Shown here: in pieces, positions 16,573-25,972 of the stretch | Numbering within the stretch: position 1 is the stretch's first letter | Layout: the number at the start of each line of letters is the position of its first letter | IMG/VR virus record: IMGVR_UViG_3300049173_000057 | Span: 1-41,262 of that record | Reading direction: 5' to 3' (one strand) | Source: a virus | Taxonomy: Duplodnaviria > Caudoviricetes | DNA: 41,262 bases | Notes under the pieces: model-generated | What the model saw: only the letters and a program-made list of their open reading frames with translations | What the model was told of the DNA's origin: nothing | The model's database searches: none | Program-made: the position numbers and the translations under genes

Positions 16573-18183
16573 GTGGCCAGAACCCTCCTCGGCGCGCTCT
16601 CCAACGCAGCCCGTACGGCCACCGTCAACACCCCCATCCCCTTCGCCAGCCGGGCGCAGAGCTACGGCATCTTCGGCAGCAGCCGCACCGCCGAGGGCCA
16701 GATGCGCGCCATGTCCGCCGTCGGGACCCTGTTCGCGATCGTCGACCGCACCAGCAACGCCACCGCCCTCGTCGACTGGAAGCTGTACCGCAAGGCCAAG
16801 TCCGGCCGGGACGAGGACCGCGTCGAGGTCACCTCCCACGCCGCCCTCGACCTGTGGAACAAACCCAACGGCTTCATGCCGCGGCAGGAGTTCGTCGAGT
16901 CCTCCACGCAGCACTACGACCTCACCGGCGAATCCTGGTGGGTCATCGCCCGCCATCCCGGCGTGAACATCCCGCTGGAGATGTGGCCCGTACGCCCCGA
17001 CCGCATCGCCCCCGTCCCCGACCCCGAGACGTTCCTCAAGGGCTACGTGTACACGTCGCCCGACGGGCAGCAGATCCCCCTGGAGCTGGACGAGGTCATC
17101 CAGCTGCGCCGGCCGAACCCCCTAGACCCGTACCGCGGTCTGTCGCCGGTGCTGTCGATCCTGCCGGACCTCGACACCTCCCGGTACGCGGCGGAGTGGT
17201 CGCGGGCGTTCTTCGTCAACTCGGCGCAGCCGGGCGGGATCATCGAGGTGCCCAGCGCGCTCAGCGACCAGCAGTTCGACGAGCTCCGCGAGCGCTGGAA
17301 CGAGCAGCACCGCGGCGTCGGCAACGCGCACCGTGTGGCGATCCTGGAGCACGGTAAGTGGATCGACCGCACCATCTCGCAGAAGGACATGCAGTTCGTC
17401 GAGCTGCGCGGCGCCACCGCCGACCGGGTCCGCGAGGCGTACGGCATCAGCAAGTCCGCCATCGGCGACTTCGAGGACATCAACCGCGCGTCCGCCCTCG
17501 CGGCGAAGTCCTGGTTCGCGGAGCAGCAGACCATTCCGCGCCTCGAACGCATCAAGGCCGCCCTCAACCACGAGCTCTTGCCGATGTTCGGGCGGGCCGC
17601 TGAGGGCCTGGAGTTCGACTACGACAACCCCACACCGCCCGACCCCGAACAGGAAGCGGCCACCCTCACCGCCCGCGTGAACGCGGCCGCTGCCCTGATC
17701 GAGGCTGGAGCCTACGGGCCGGCGGCGCTGGAGGCGTTCGAGCTGCCGCAGATCCAGTTCGGTACACCTGGCGCCGACCCGGACAAGGAACTCCTGGTGC
17801 GCCTCGTGACGCGGGCGCCGCTGCTGGCGCCGACGATCCTGCCGATGCTCGGCTTCGACGTGCCGACGCCGGCCGCCCCCACGCCTGCCGCAGTGCCGGG
17901 CCCGCCTGTCGAGGCCGAGCCTACGGACGCGTGGACGGACACCATGGCCGGCCTGTTGGGCGAGGAGATCGAGGCGGCGCAGCGGTGGCAGGCGGTCGCG
18001 GTCATCGACGACAACACCTGCCAGCCGTGCCGCGACAACGACGGCCAGCTGTACCGCAACCGTGCCGCCGCGTTCAAGGACTACCCGGGCGGCTCCGGCT
18101 ACGTGAAGTGCGTCGGCGCTGAGTTCGGCAACGAGTGCCGCTGCAAGGTCGTGAAGCGGGGACGCAAGGGAGAGGGCTCATGA
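16573..18183 (+). CDS. Portal protein (HK97 family) with C-terminal MuF-like Cys-rich extension
   Basis: LWNKPN, LTGESWW, WPVRPDR, PNPLDPYRGLSP, FFVNSAQPGG, KDMQFVE motifs; tail DDNTCQPC...NECRC. Confidence 0.92.
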   Translation: MARTLLGALSNAARTATVNTPIPFASRAQSYGIFGSSRTAEGQMRAMSAVGTLFAIVDRTSNATALVDWKLYRKAKSGRDEDRVEVTSHAALDLWNKPNGFMPRQEFVESSTQHYDLTGESWWVIARHPGVNIPLEMWPVRPDRIAPVPDPETFLKGYVYTSPDGQQIPLELDEVIQLRRPNPLDPYRGLSPVLSILPDLDTSRYAAEWSRAFFVNSAQPGGIIEVPSALSDQQFDELRERWNEQHRGVGNAHRVAILEHGKWIDRTISQKDMQFVELRGATADRVREAYGISKSAIGDFEDINRASALAAKSWFAEQQTIPRLERIKAALNHELLPMFGRAAEGLEFDYDNPTPPDPEQEAATLTARVNAAAALIEAGAYGPAALEAFELPQIQFGTPGADPDKELLVRLVTRAPLLAPTILPMLGFDVPTPAAPTPAAVPGPPVEAEPTDAWTDTMAGLLGEEIEAAQRWQAVAVIDDNTCQPCRDNDGQLYRNRAAAFKDYPGGSGYVKCVGAEFGNECRCKVVKRGRKGEGS

Positions 18184-19217
18184 ACATCGCGCTGCCCGGC
18201 AAGGCGGCCACCTTCCAGGCCCGCCAGCGGGAGCAGGCCGCCAAGCAGCGGGAGCAGCTCGGCATCGAGGCCCGGTCCTGGTACCGCATCACCAACTCCT
18301 CGGGCGACGAGGCGGAGGTGATGCTGTACGACGAGGTCGGGGGCTGGTACGGCGCGACCGCCGACCAGTTCATCGCCGACCTGCGCGGCGTCACCGCCCC
18401 GAACCTTCGCGTCCGCATCAACTCCCCGGGCGGCAGCGTGTTCGAGGGCATTGCCATCGCCAACGCGCTGCGCTCCCACCCGGCGAACATCACGATCCAG
18501 GTCGACGGCATCGCCGCCTCCATCGCGAGCGTCATCGCCATGGCCGGGGACCGCATCGAGATGGGCCCCAACACCATGCTCATGATTCACGACGCGTCCG
18601 GGGTCTGCCTCGGCAACGCCGCGGACATGGAGGAGATGGCCGAGCTCCTCGACCTCATCAGCGACAACATCGCCGATGCCTACGCCCAGCGTGCGGGCGG
18701 CACCCGCGACGAGTGGAGGGCCCGCATGCGGTCCGAAACTTGGTACCTCCCCGAGGACGCTGTCGAGAACGGCCTCGCCGACGAAGCCGTCCAGGCACCC
18801 AAGACCGGCACCCCGACCGAACCTGCTGAGGAGCCCGAGCCGGAGATGGCCCGCGCCTGGGACCTCGCCGCCTACGGCTACACCGGCCCGCGCCGCGAGC
18901 AGCCGAAGGCCGAGGCCACGCTCACTGAGGACATCCGGTCGCTGATCGGCGAGGAGATCGCCGTGCAGCTCGCCGCCGCCGTGGCCGCGCCCGTCGAGGA
19001 CGCCACGCCGGTCGAGCCGGTCGCTGAAACCACGCCCGTCGAACCCGCCCCCGTCGAGCCAGCCAGCGTGCCGGAGCCGGAGGCGCCCGCCGCCGAACCC
19101 GCAGACGAGTGGGCGGCGATGGTCGCCCACCTCACCCAGGACGAGCCCGACGCGTGGTCGGTGCTGGTCTCCAACCTCACCACCACGGCGTCGTCCAGCG
19201 CGGCGACGGAAGCCTGA
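18180..19217 (+). CDS. Head maturation protease, ClpP type
   Basis: RINSPGGSVFEG, DGIAASIASVI, MLMIHDA, ETWY..AVENGLAD. Confidence 0.93.
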   Translation: MNIALPGKAATFQARQREQAAKQREQLGIEARSWYRITNSSGDEAEVMLYDEVGGWYGATADQFIADLRGVTAPNLRVRINSPGGSVFEGIAIANALRSHPANITIQVDGIAASIASVIAMAGDRIEMGPNTMLMIHDASGVCLGNAADMEEMAELLDLISDNIADAYAQRAGGTRDEWRARMRSETWYLPEDAVENGLADEAVQAPKTGTPTEPAEEPEPEMARAWDLAAYGYTGPRREQPKAEATLTEDIRSLIGEEIAVQLAAAVAAPVEDATPVEPVAETTPVEPAPVEPASVPEPEAPAAEPADEWAAMVAHLTQDEPDAWSVLVSNLTTTASSSAATEA

Positions 19218-19228
19218 AGGAGGCACCT

Positions 19229-20578
19229 GTGGCAACTCCCACCATCCCGCGCGACGCCGACGAGCTGGCGGAGATGTTCAGCGACCCCACGGTCCTGAAG
19301 AACTTCAAGAGCACCGACGACTTCCGCGACTTCGTCAAGGCCTACGGCGAGGGCCAGTCGAAGACCGACCCGGGCCAGGAGCAGCAGGTCCGCGAGCTCG
19401 TGCAGAAGGAACTCGCGGCCTCCCTCCGCGGCGACCAGGTCGAGAACATCCACCGCCTGAACATGACCCCCTCGTGGGACAACGGCGCGACGAACCGGTC
19501 CAAGCACTACAACGCCAAGGCCCCCGGCGCCGCGCTCGACAAGCAGTTCTCCAACTGGGGTGACTTCCTCACCGCGACGTGGGCCGGCGCGAACACACAG
19601 GAGGCGTTCGCCGCCCGCTCGGACATCAAGAAGATCCAGGCCTCGTTCGGCAGCACGGTGCCGGCCGACGGTGGGTTCCTGATCCCCGAGTCCCTGCGCA
19701 GCGAGCTGCTGAGCGTGCCGATGGAGAAGGGTCTGGTCCGTTCCCGGGCCCGGGTCGTCCCCATGGAGACGCTCATGGTGCCGTACCCGACCATCGACTC
19801 CACCAGCAACGCGACCAGCGTGCACGGCGGCATCACCGGCTACTGGACCGAAGAGGGCGGCACCCTCAACGACTCGGCTCCGCAGTTCGGCCGTATCGAG
19901 CTCCTCGCGAAGAAGCTCACCCTGTACAGCGAGATCCCCAACGAGCTGTTCCAGGACAGCCTCATCTCGCTGGAGCAGTTCATGTCGCAGTCCTACCCGG
20001 AGGCCCTGCTCTGGTTCGAGGACAACGCGTTCATCGACGGCACCGGCGTGGGCCAGCCCCTGGGCTTCCTCAACGCGCCGGCCGCCGTGTCGGTGACGAA
20101 GGAGTCCGGCCAGGCCGCCGCGACGATCGTGTGGGAGAACATCGTCAAGGCGTACTCCCGCATGCTGCCGTCCTCGATCGGCAACGCCGTGTGGGTCGCG
20201 CACATCGACACCCTGCCGCAGCTCGCCACCATGGCACTGTCCGTCGGCACCGGCGGATCGGCCATCTGGATCGGCGACGGCGGCGGCGAGGACGCCCCGC
20301 CCATGCGCATCCTCGGCCGCCCGGTCGTTTTCACCGAGAAGGTGTCCAGCGTCGGCACCGCAGGTGACATCAACTTCGTCGACCTCGGCTACTACCTCAT
20401 CGGTGACCGGCAGGCCATGCAGATGAGCACGTCGACCGAGTTCAAGTTCGGCAACGACAAGACCGCCATGCGCCTCATCGAGCGCGTCGACGGCACCCCC
20501 TGGATCAAGTCCGCGATCACCCCCCGCAAGGGCTCCAACACCCTGTCGCCCTTCGTCAAGGTCGCGACCCGCTCCTGA
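19229..20578 (+). CDS. Major capsid protein (HK97 fold)
   Basis: AGGAGG RBS; DGGFLIPE, ELFQDS, AFIDGTGVGQPLGFL, ILGRPVV, RLIERVDG. Confidence 0.93.
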   Translation: MATPTIPRDADELAEMFSDPTVLKNFKSTDDFRDFVKAYGEGQSKTDPGQEQQVRELVQKELAASLRGDQVENIHRLNMTPSWDNGATNRSKHYNAKAPGAALDKQFSNWGDFLTATWAGANTQEAFAARSDIKKIQASFGSTVPADGGFLIPESLRSELLSVPMEKGLVRSRARVVPMETLMVPYPTIDSTSNATSVHGGITGYWTEEGGTLNDSAPQFGRIELLAKKLTLYSEIPNELFQDSLISLEQFMSQSYPEALLWFEDNAFIDGTGVGQPLGFLNAPAAVSVTKESGQAAATIVWENIVKAYSRMLPSSIGNAVWVAHIDTLPQLATMALSVGTGGSAIWIGDGGGEDAPPMRILGRPVVFTEKVSSVGTAGDINFVDLGYYLIGDRQAMQMSTSTEFKFGNDKTAMRLIERVDGTPWIKSAITPRKGSNTLSPFVKVATRS

Positions 20579-20587
20579 CCCGGCCGG

Positions 20588-20617
20588 CCCCGGCAGGCAT
20601 TGACACCCCTGCCGGGG
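20588..20617 (+). terminator. Stem-loop after the major capsid gene
   Basis: CCCCGGCAGG-CATTGACACC-CCTGCCGGGG. Confidence 0.6.
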
Positions 20618-20660
20618 TCCGTTCCGAAGAGGCACTCAACCCCCTCAAGGAGGGCACCCC

Positions 20661-21092
20661 ATGGAAGCACTCGGACGTCTCGTCAACGTCATCTCGGTGG
20701 CCGACGGCGTGTACATCAACCTGCGGGACTGCGGCGGCGTCGCCTTCTCCTGCTACCTCGCCGGCGCCGCTGGTGACACCTACACCCTCGTCGAGGCCAA
20801 GGACGCCTCCGGCACCGGGGCGCAGAACCTCGCGGCGGTCACCCGCTACTACACCTGCACCGGCGACGGCACCGACACGTGGACGAAGCGCACCCAGGCC
20901 GCGGCCGCGACCGTCGTCACCGCCGCGGCGGCGACGCAGAACGCCATGTGGGTGGAGATCGACGGCACTCAGCTGTCCGACGACTACGACTACGTCAAGC
21001 TCACCTCCACCGGCTCCGGCCGCGTCGAGGCGATCGCCCGTGACCTGGTTGTGCAGCGCGCCCCGGCCAACCTCCCTGCGCTGGGGGTCTGA
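20661..21092 (+). CDS. Virion protein (possible capsid decoration)
   Basis: AAGGAGG RBS; beta-rich; position after capsid. Confidence 0.7.
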   Translation: MEALGRLVNVISVADGVYINLRDCGGVAFSCYLAGAAGDTYTLVEAKDASGTGAQNLAAVTRYYTCTGDGTDTWTKRTQAAAATVVTAAAATQNAMWVEIDGTQLSDDYDYVKLTSTGSGRVEAIARDLVVQRAPANLPALGV

Positions 21093-21094
21093 CC

Positions 21095-21556
21095 GTGAGC
21101 ACTCTCATCCAGGGCGACGAACTCCGGACGCTCCTGTTCGGTACGAAGGTCGATCGCGCGACCGCAACCCTGCCGGCCACCACCCAGGCGGCGATCTTCA
21201 CCGTCACCGGTGGGCGGGTTCTGGTCACCAGCCTGGTCGGCGAGGTCACCACGGTGATCCAGAACCAGGCCTGCAACCTGAAGGTCACCGCGAACCCGAC
21301 GACCGGTACGGACGTCGACATCGCCGCGAACCTGAACGTGCAGGCTGACGAGGCCGGTTGCCTCTACGGCATCACCGGCCTGTTCTCGGATGCGCTGGTC
21401 GGCGCGAACGCAGGCGCCACGGTCGTTCCCCGGAATCCCGTGGTGCTCCCGGTCGGCACCCTCGACCTCGTCACGTCGGCCACGAACACCGGCTCGGTGA
21501 AGTGGTCGCTGACCTACATCCCCCTCGACAACGGCGCGTCCGTGGCGGCGGCCTGA
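21095..21556 (+). CDS. Virion protein (beta-rich)
   Basis: In structural operon; GSVKWSLTYIPLDNGA. Confidence 0.7.
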   Translation: MSTLIQGDELRTLLFGTKVDRATATLPATTQAAIFTVTGGRVLVTSLVGEVTTVIQNQACNLKVTANPTTGTDVDIAANLNVQADEAGCLYGITGLFSDALVGANAGATVVPRNPVVLPVGTLDLVTSATNTGSVKWSLTYIPLDNGASVAAA

Positions 21557-21557
21557 C

Positions 21558-21977
21558 ATGGCGACGTGGGCCTGCGCGGAGTGCACCGCCACCTACTCGG
21601 TGGGCGCTCCGCGCTGCCCGCACTGCGGGTCGACCGAATACAGAGAGGACGGCGCCATGCCGAAGATCACCCGCCACGGCGGGCCCACCATCGCGGGCGC
21701 CGCGGTCGTGGCCGGCGGCTGGAGCAACGAGGACGAGCCCGACGTGTGGCCCGACCTGAACGCGGAGGGAGGCGAGGAGTCATCGCCTGGGAACAGTTCA
21801 TCGACATCCGACGAGAAGCCGTCGAGCGAGCCCGAGCTGAGCGCGAGCAAGGCCCCGTCGCGTGCCCGAACGACGGCACCCCGCTCGAAGAAGGCCCGGA
21901 CGGCGGGCTCTTCTGCCGGTTCGACGGCTGGCGGCCAGGAGACCGGTACGTCGGCTGCTGACGAGGCAGGCGAGTAG
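21558..21977 (+). CDS. Zn-ribbon protein with low-complexity C-terminus
   Basis: CAEC...CPHC; internal MPKITRHGG start at 21657; abuts both neighbours. Confidence 0.65.
   Translation: MATWACAECTATYSVGAPRCPHCGSTEYREDGAMPKITRHGGPTIAGAAVVAGGWSNEDEPDVWPDLNAEGGEESSPGNSSSTSDEKPSSEPELSASKAPSRARTTAPRSKKARTAGSSAGSTAGGQETGTSAADEAGE
21782..21961 (+). CDS. Putative overprinted small protein (CPND...FCRFDGW) with non-canonical ATC start
   Basis: Alternate frame nested in 21558..21977; GGAGG 9 nt upstream of ATC; protein-like sequence. Confidence 0.5.
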   Translation: MAWEQFIDIRREAVERARAEREQGPVACPNDGTPLEEGPDGGLFCRFDGWRPGDRYVGC

Positions 21978-22387
21978 TGGGCGCCTTCCGGAACAACGAG
22001 CTGTTCAAGGCCAGCGGGCTGACCCTGAACAGCTCCACCAACCACATCTCAGCGAACACCACGAACGCCACGACCGGGCTGACCGGGCCGATCGACATCT
22101 CCCGCATCAGCAACGGCCTGCTGATCGTCACGGCCGCCAACGCGCCGACCGGCACCACCCCGACGCTCGCAGTGTTCTTCGACGTCCTCGACGCGACCGG
22201 CACCACGTGGGTGCAGACCTCATCGGCGACGTCGATCGGCGGGGCGCTCCTCACGACGTCCGGCTACACGTACGGCCAGCTCAGCAACGGCTACACCCTG
22301 ACCAACTTGGGCCGGATCCGCTGGGAAGTCGGCGGCACCACGCCGTCCTTCGGCGGTGTGAGCTTCTCCATCCACGGCCGGCCCTGA
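21977..22387 (+). CDS. Virion protein (beta-sandwich)
   Basis: TGTTPTL...RIRWEVGGTTPSF motif. Confidence 0.7.
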   Translation: MGAFRNNELFKASGLTLNSSTNHISANTTNATTGLTGPIDISRISNGLLIVTAANAPTGTTPTLAVFFDVLDATGTTWVQTSSATSIGGALLTTSGYTYGQLSNGYTLTNLGRIRWEVGGTTPSFGGVSFSIHGRP

Positions 22388-22423
22388 CCCGCACGTACGA
22401 GACCTGAGAGGAGGTGACTGGAG

Positions 22424-23488
22424 ATGGTGTGGTTCGCGACGCGTGAGGACGTGATGCGCGCCCTCGACATCAAGCTGACTGCGCGCAACACGCGGCAGAT
22501 CGACCGGGCGTTGGAGTCCGCGTCGCGGGACGTCGAGGCGCTGTGCCACCGCACATTCGCCCCGACCATCGGGACGAAGAGCTTCGACTACCCGGGCGGC
22601 CAGTACGCGCGGCCGTGGCGACTGTGGCTCGACGCGAACGAACTCATCTCCGTCACCACCCTCAGCAGCGGCGGCGTGACGATCAGCGCGGCCGACTACT
22701 TCCTTGAGCCCCAGCCGTACGGGCCTCCCTACAACCGGCTTGAGATCGACCTCGACTCTTCGGCCGCGTTCTCCTCCGGGGACACGTACCAGCGGGCCAT
22801 CACGGTGACCGGCCTGTGGGGCTACCGCAACGACGAGACCACCGTGGGCGCGCTCGCGGCGGCCGTTGCCTCCACAGCCGCCAGCGCGGTGACCGTGGAC
22901 GCTGCTGCCTCCGCTGAGGTCGGCGTCGGCAGCGTCCTGCGCGTCGACACCGAGCGCATGCTCGTCACCAACCAAACCATGGCCGACACCGGCCAGAACG
23001 TCGGCGGAGCCGGGCTCATCGCCCAGCAGAACAGCGTGAGCCTCACCGTCACCGACGGCAGCGCCTTCGCCGTCGACGAGGTCCTCCTCATCGAGTCCGA
23101 GCGGATGCTCGTCGTCGACATCGCAGGCAACACCCTCACCGTGCAGCGCGCATGGGACGGCACCGTCCTCGCCGCACACGCGGCCGGCGTCGACATACAC
23201 GCCGCACGCACCCTCACCGTGACCCGCGGCGCGCTCGGCACCACCGCAGCCACGCACACAGACGAGGCGCCGGTCGTCCGCTGGGACCCGCCCGGCCTCA
23301 TCCGCGACCTCGTCATCGCCGAAGCCCTCAACCGCGTCACCAACGAGCTCGCGGGCTACGCCCGCACCCGCCGCGCTGGCGGTGGCCTCTCCAGCAACGA
23401 TCAGGCGTTGGTCGCCCGCGACCTCCCGGCCCTGCGGCAGCAGGTCTACGACGCGCACGGCCGCAAAGCCCGACTGAGGGGGGTCTGA
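22424..23488 (+). CDS. Head-to-tail adaptor with inserted repeated beta module
   Basis: ATREDV..IDRALESASRDVEALCHRTF, ITVTGLWGY; duplicated ERMLV and LTVxR motifs. Confidence 0.75.
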   Translation: MVWFATREDVMRALDIKLTARNTRQIDRALESASRDVEALCHRTFAPTIGTKSFDYPGGQYARPWRLWLDANELISVTTLSSGGVTISAADYFLEPQPYGPPYNRLEIDLDSSAAFSSGDTYQRAITVTGLWGYRNDETTVGALAAAVASTAASAVTVDAAASAEVGVGSVLRVDTERMLVTNQTMADTGQNVGGAGLIAQQNSVSLTVTDGSAFAVDEVLLIESERMLVVDIAGNTLTVQRAWDGTVLAAHAAGVDIHAARTLTVTRGALGTTAATHTDEAPVVRWDPPGLIRDLVIAEALNRVTNELAGYARTRRAGGGLSSNDQALVARDLPALRQQVYDAHGRKARLRGV

Positions 23489-23886
23489 TGCCCGGCTTCG
23501 ATGTTCGCGTCAACTCCCACGGCTCCGGCCCCTGGGTCAGCGGCCGCGCTGGCCGCGCGCTGCACGACTACTCGGACGACGTCGAGTACCAAGTCGCGCG
23601 TGAGGGCGAGCGGATGGTGCACCAGCGGCTGCGGCAGGTGCTGCGCCACCCGACGGGCTACTACGAATCGAAGATCAGCGTGGACCGAGCGGGCGACAGC
23701 TACAAGGTCCACGACGGTCGAGTGGTCTACGGGCCGTGGCTGGAGGGCACCGGCTCCCGCAACTCGCCGGTCACCCGCTTCCCCGGCTACTTCACGTTCC
23801 GCCGGGTCAAGGGGCTGCTGGACCGGCGGGCGCGCGGCATCGCGCAGGAACTCCTCGCGCGGTACCGGTCGAGGGGGCTGATCTGA
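23488..23886 (+). CDS. Neck/tail completion protein (HK97 gp10-like)
   Basis: RHPTGYYES, VVYGPWLEGTG..TRFPGYFTFRR. Confidence 0.7.
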   Translation: MPGFDVRVNSHGSGPWVSGRAGRALHDYSDDVEYQVAREGERMVHQRLRQVLRHPTGYYESKISVDRAGDSYKVHDGRVVYGPWLEGTGSRNSPVTRFPGYFTFRRVKGLLDRRARGIAQELLARYRSRGLI

Positions 23887-23887
23887 C

Positions 23888-24346
23888 ATGGCCCTCGACA
23901 TCCGCACCATCCTCGACGCCGTCGAGTCTCATGCCCTGGCCTCCGGCTACTTCGCCACGGTCAATGGCCACGAGCCCAAGTCGCCACCCGTCAGCGGCAT
24001 CACGTGCGCCGTGTGGGTCGAGCAGATCGGCCCAGCACGGGGCGGCTCTGGCCTGGACTCCACGTCGTCTCGGCTGGCCCTGTACGTGCGCCTGTACTCG
24101 TCGCTCATGCAGCAGCCCGCCGACGCCATCGACCCCGACCTCATGACCGCCCTCGACACCCTCATGGCCGCCTACAGCGGCGACTTCGAACTCGACGGCC
24201 TCGTCCGCCAAGTCGACCTCCTCGGCACCTACGGCGAACCCCTGTCCGCCCGGGCCGGCTACCTCGCCGAGGCCGGCGGCGAATACCGCGTCATGACGAT
24301 CACCCTGCCGCTCATCGTGAACGATCTCTGGGACCAGGAGGCATAG
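23888..24346 (+). CDS. Tail terminator-like protein
   Basis: Position; FATVNGHEPKSPP, YSGDFELDGLV. Confidence 0.65.
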   Translation: MALDIRTILDAVESHALASGYFATVNGHEPKSPPVSGITCAVWVEQIGPARGGSGLDSTSSRLALYVRLYSSLMQQPADAIDPDLMTALDTLMAAYSGDFELDGLVRQVDLLGTYGEPLSARAGYLAEAGGEYRVMTITLPLIVNDLWDQEA

Positions 24347-24347
24347 C

Positions 24348-25100
24348 GTGGCCAAGCAATCAGGCCTCGGAGATGGGCTGTACATCGCCGGGTACAACGC
24401 ATCCGGCGACATTCAGCAGCTCGGCCGGATCGGCGGCGGACCTGCCCTGCTCAACATGACCGGCATCGACAAGTCGGCCTACGAGCGCAAGGGCGGTCTC
24501 CGCGACGGCGCGTTCGAGATGACCACGTTCTTCAACAGCGACACGGTCACGCCGGCCACCCACGAGAAGCTCAGTGCCCTGCCGCGCACCGACGTGCTGA
24601 TGACGTACTGCCGCGGCACCGTCCTCGGTGACCCGGCGGCCTCGATCGTGGCGAAGCAGGCGAACTACGATCCGCAGCGCGGCGACGACGGCATGATCAC
24701 CTTCAGCGTGTCGGCGCAGGCCAACGGCTACGGCACCGAGTGGGGCCGCCAGCTCACCGCTGGCGTCCGAACGGACACGGTGGCAACGAACGGCACGGGC
24801 ATCGACACCACCGCCTCAGCCTCGTTCGGCGGCCAGGCCTACCTGCAAGTCTTCGCGTTCACCGGCACGGACGCCACAGTGAAGATCCAGGACTCGGCGG
24901 ACAACGCCACCTTCGCCGACGTGGCCGGGTTCGCATTCACGCAGATCACCACTGCCCCTACGACGGAGCGCATTGCCCTGGGCAACACGGCGACCATCCG
25001 CCGCTACGTCCGGGCCGTCACGGTCACAACCGCCGGGTTCAGCAGCCTCAGCTTCTCCGTCAACGTGATCAAGAACGAGACTGCCGGGGTGACCTTCTGA
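24348..25100 (+). CDS. Tail tube-like protein 1 with C-terminal beta domain
   Basis: MAKQSGLG..TGIDKSAYER..GLRDG; C-terminal KIQDSADNATFAD..RRYVR. Confidence 0.7.
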   Translation: MAKQSGLGDGLYIAGYNASGDIQQLGRIGGGPALLNMTGIDKSAYERKGGLRDGAFEMTTFFNSDTVTPATHEKLSALPRTDVLMTYCRGTVLGDPAASIVAKQANYDPQRGDDGMITFSVSAQANGYGTEWGRQLTAGVRTDTVATNGTGIDTTASASFGGQAYLQVFAFTGTDATVKIQDSADNATFADVAGFAFTQITTAPTTERIALGNTATIRRYVRAVTVTTAGFSSLSFSVNVIKNETAGVTF

Positions 25101-25546
25101 TGACCGCACGCCTCTTCCGCATCGAACCGGCCATGGGCCCCGAGTCCTACAAGACGTTCGCCGTCGTGTCGCCGATCAGCACCCACATGCGGCAAGCAAC
25201 CTGCGAGGAAGTCGGCTGCGACCAGTACCTCAACGGCTGGCGCGTCCACGTCCAGGCGCTCACCCCCGACCTGCTCCACGCGGCGAAGACGGCCGGACGC
25301 CGGTACCGCGAGGAGCAGCTCAGCGAGGGCCAGACCTACCTCGTCTTCGAGCCGGGCCAGCCCTGCTTCAAAGTCGCCCAGCACCGGGCGCCGCTCGGCC
25401 GGCCGCCGCTGTACGTCGTGAAAGACGGGGACCACCGCGGCAACCCGCGCGGCACCAAGGCCCGGGTCCACGCCCGGGCGGCGGACTGGGTGGAGAACTT
25501 CGCCGAGCACCAGCAGGCGCTCGCCGACGAGATCAAGAAGGGATGA
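25100..25546 (+). CDS. Hypothetical tail-region protein
   Basis: TGATG coupling; ATCEEVGC, FEPGQPCF, GDHRGNPRG. Confidence 0.7.
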   Translation: MTARLFRIEPAMGPESYKTFAVVSPISTHMRQATCEEVGCDQYLNGWRVHVQALTPDLLHAAKTAGRRYREEQLSEGQTYLVFEPGQPCFKVAQHRAPLGRPPLYVVKDGDHRGNPRGTKARVHARAADWVENFAEHQQALADEIKKG

Positions 25547-25552
25547 CCTCTC

Positions 25553-25960
25553 ATGGCAAAGAGCACCGGCCTCGGCCAGACCACACTGTCCGTTGACGAC
25601 GCGGGTGGCACCGCGCGTGACATCCGGAACGACATCACCAACTGGCAGATGTCCACGCCGCGCGGCGTGCAGGACGTCACCGGCATCGACAAGAGCGCGA
25701 ACGAGCGGCTCCTGCTGCTCGCCGACGCGTCGATCACCCTCAACGGCGTGTTCAACCCGTCCACGAACCGGGCGCACGACGTGTTCAAGACCGTGCCCTC
25801 CACCAGCGTGGCGCGCACCGTCACCAACACCGTCAATGGCGTCACCCTCGCCTGCGAAATGCTCTTCTCCGACTACCAGCTCACCCGCTCCGACAGCGGC
25901 GAACTCACCTGGTCCGCGCCCGGCTCCCTCGCCGACGGCACCGTCCCCACCTGGGCCTGA
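25553..25960 (+). CDS. Tail tube-like protein 2 (probable major tail protein)
   Basis: MAKSTGLG..TGIDKSANERL..DASITLNG; immediately before the chaperone. Confidence 0.72.
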   Translation: MAKSTGLGQTTLSVDDAGGTARDIRNDITNWQMSTPRGVQDVTGIDKSANERLLLLADASITLNGVFNPSTNRAHDVFKTVPSTSVARTVTNTVNGVTLACEMLFSDYQLTRSDSGELTWSAPGSLADGTVPTWA

Positions 25961-25972
25961 GAGGAGACACCC

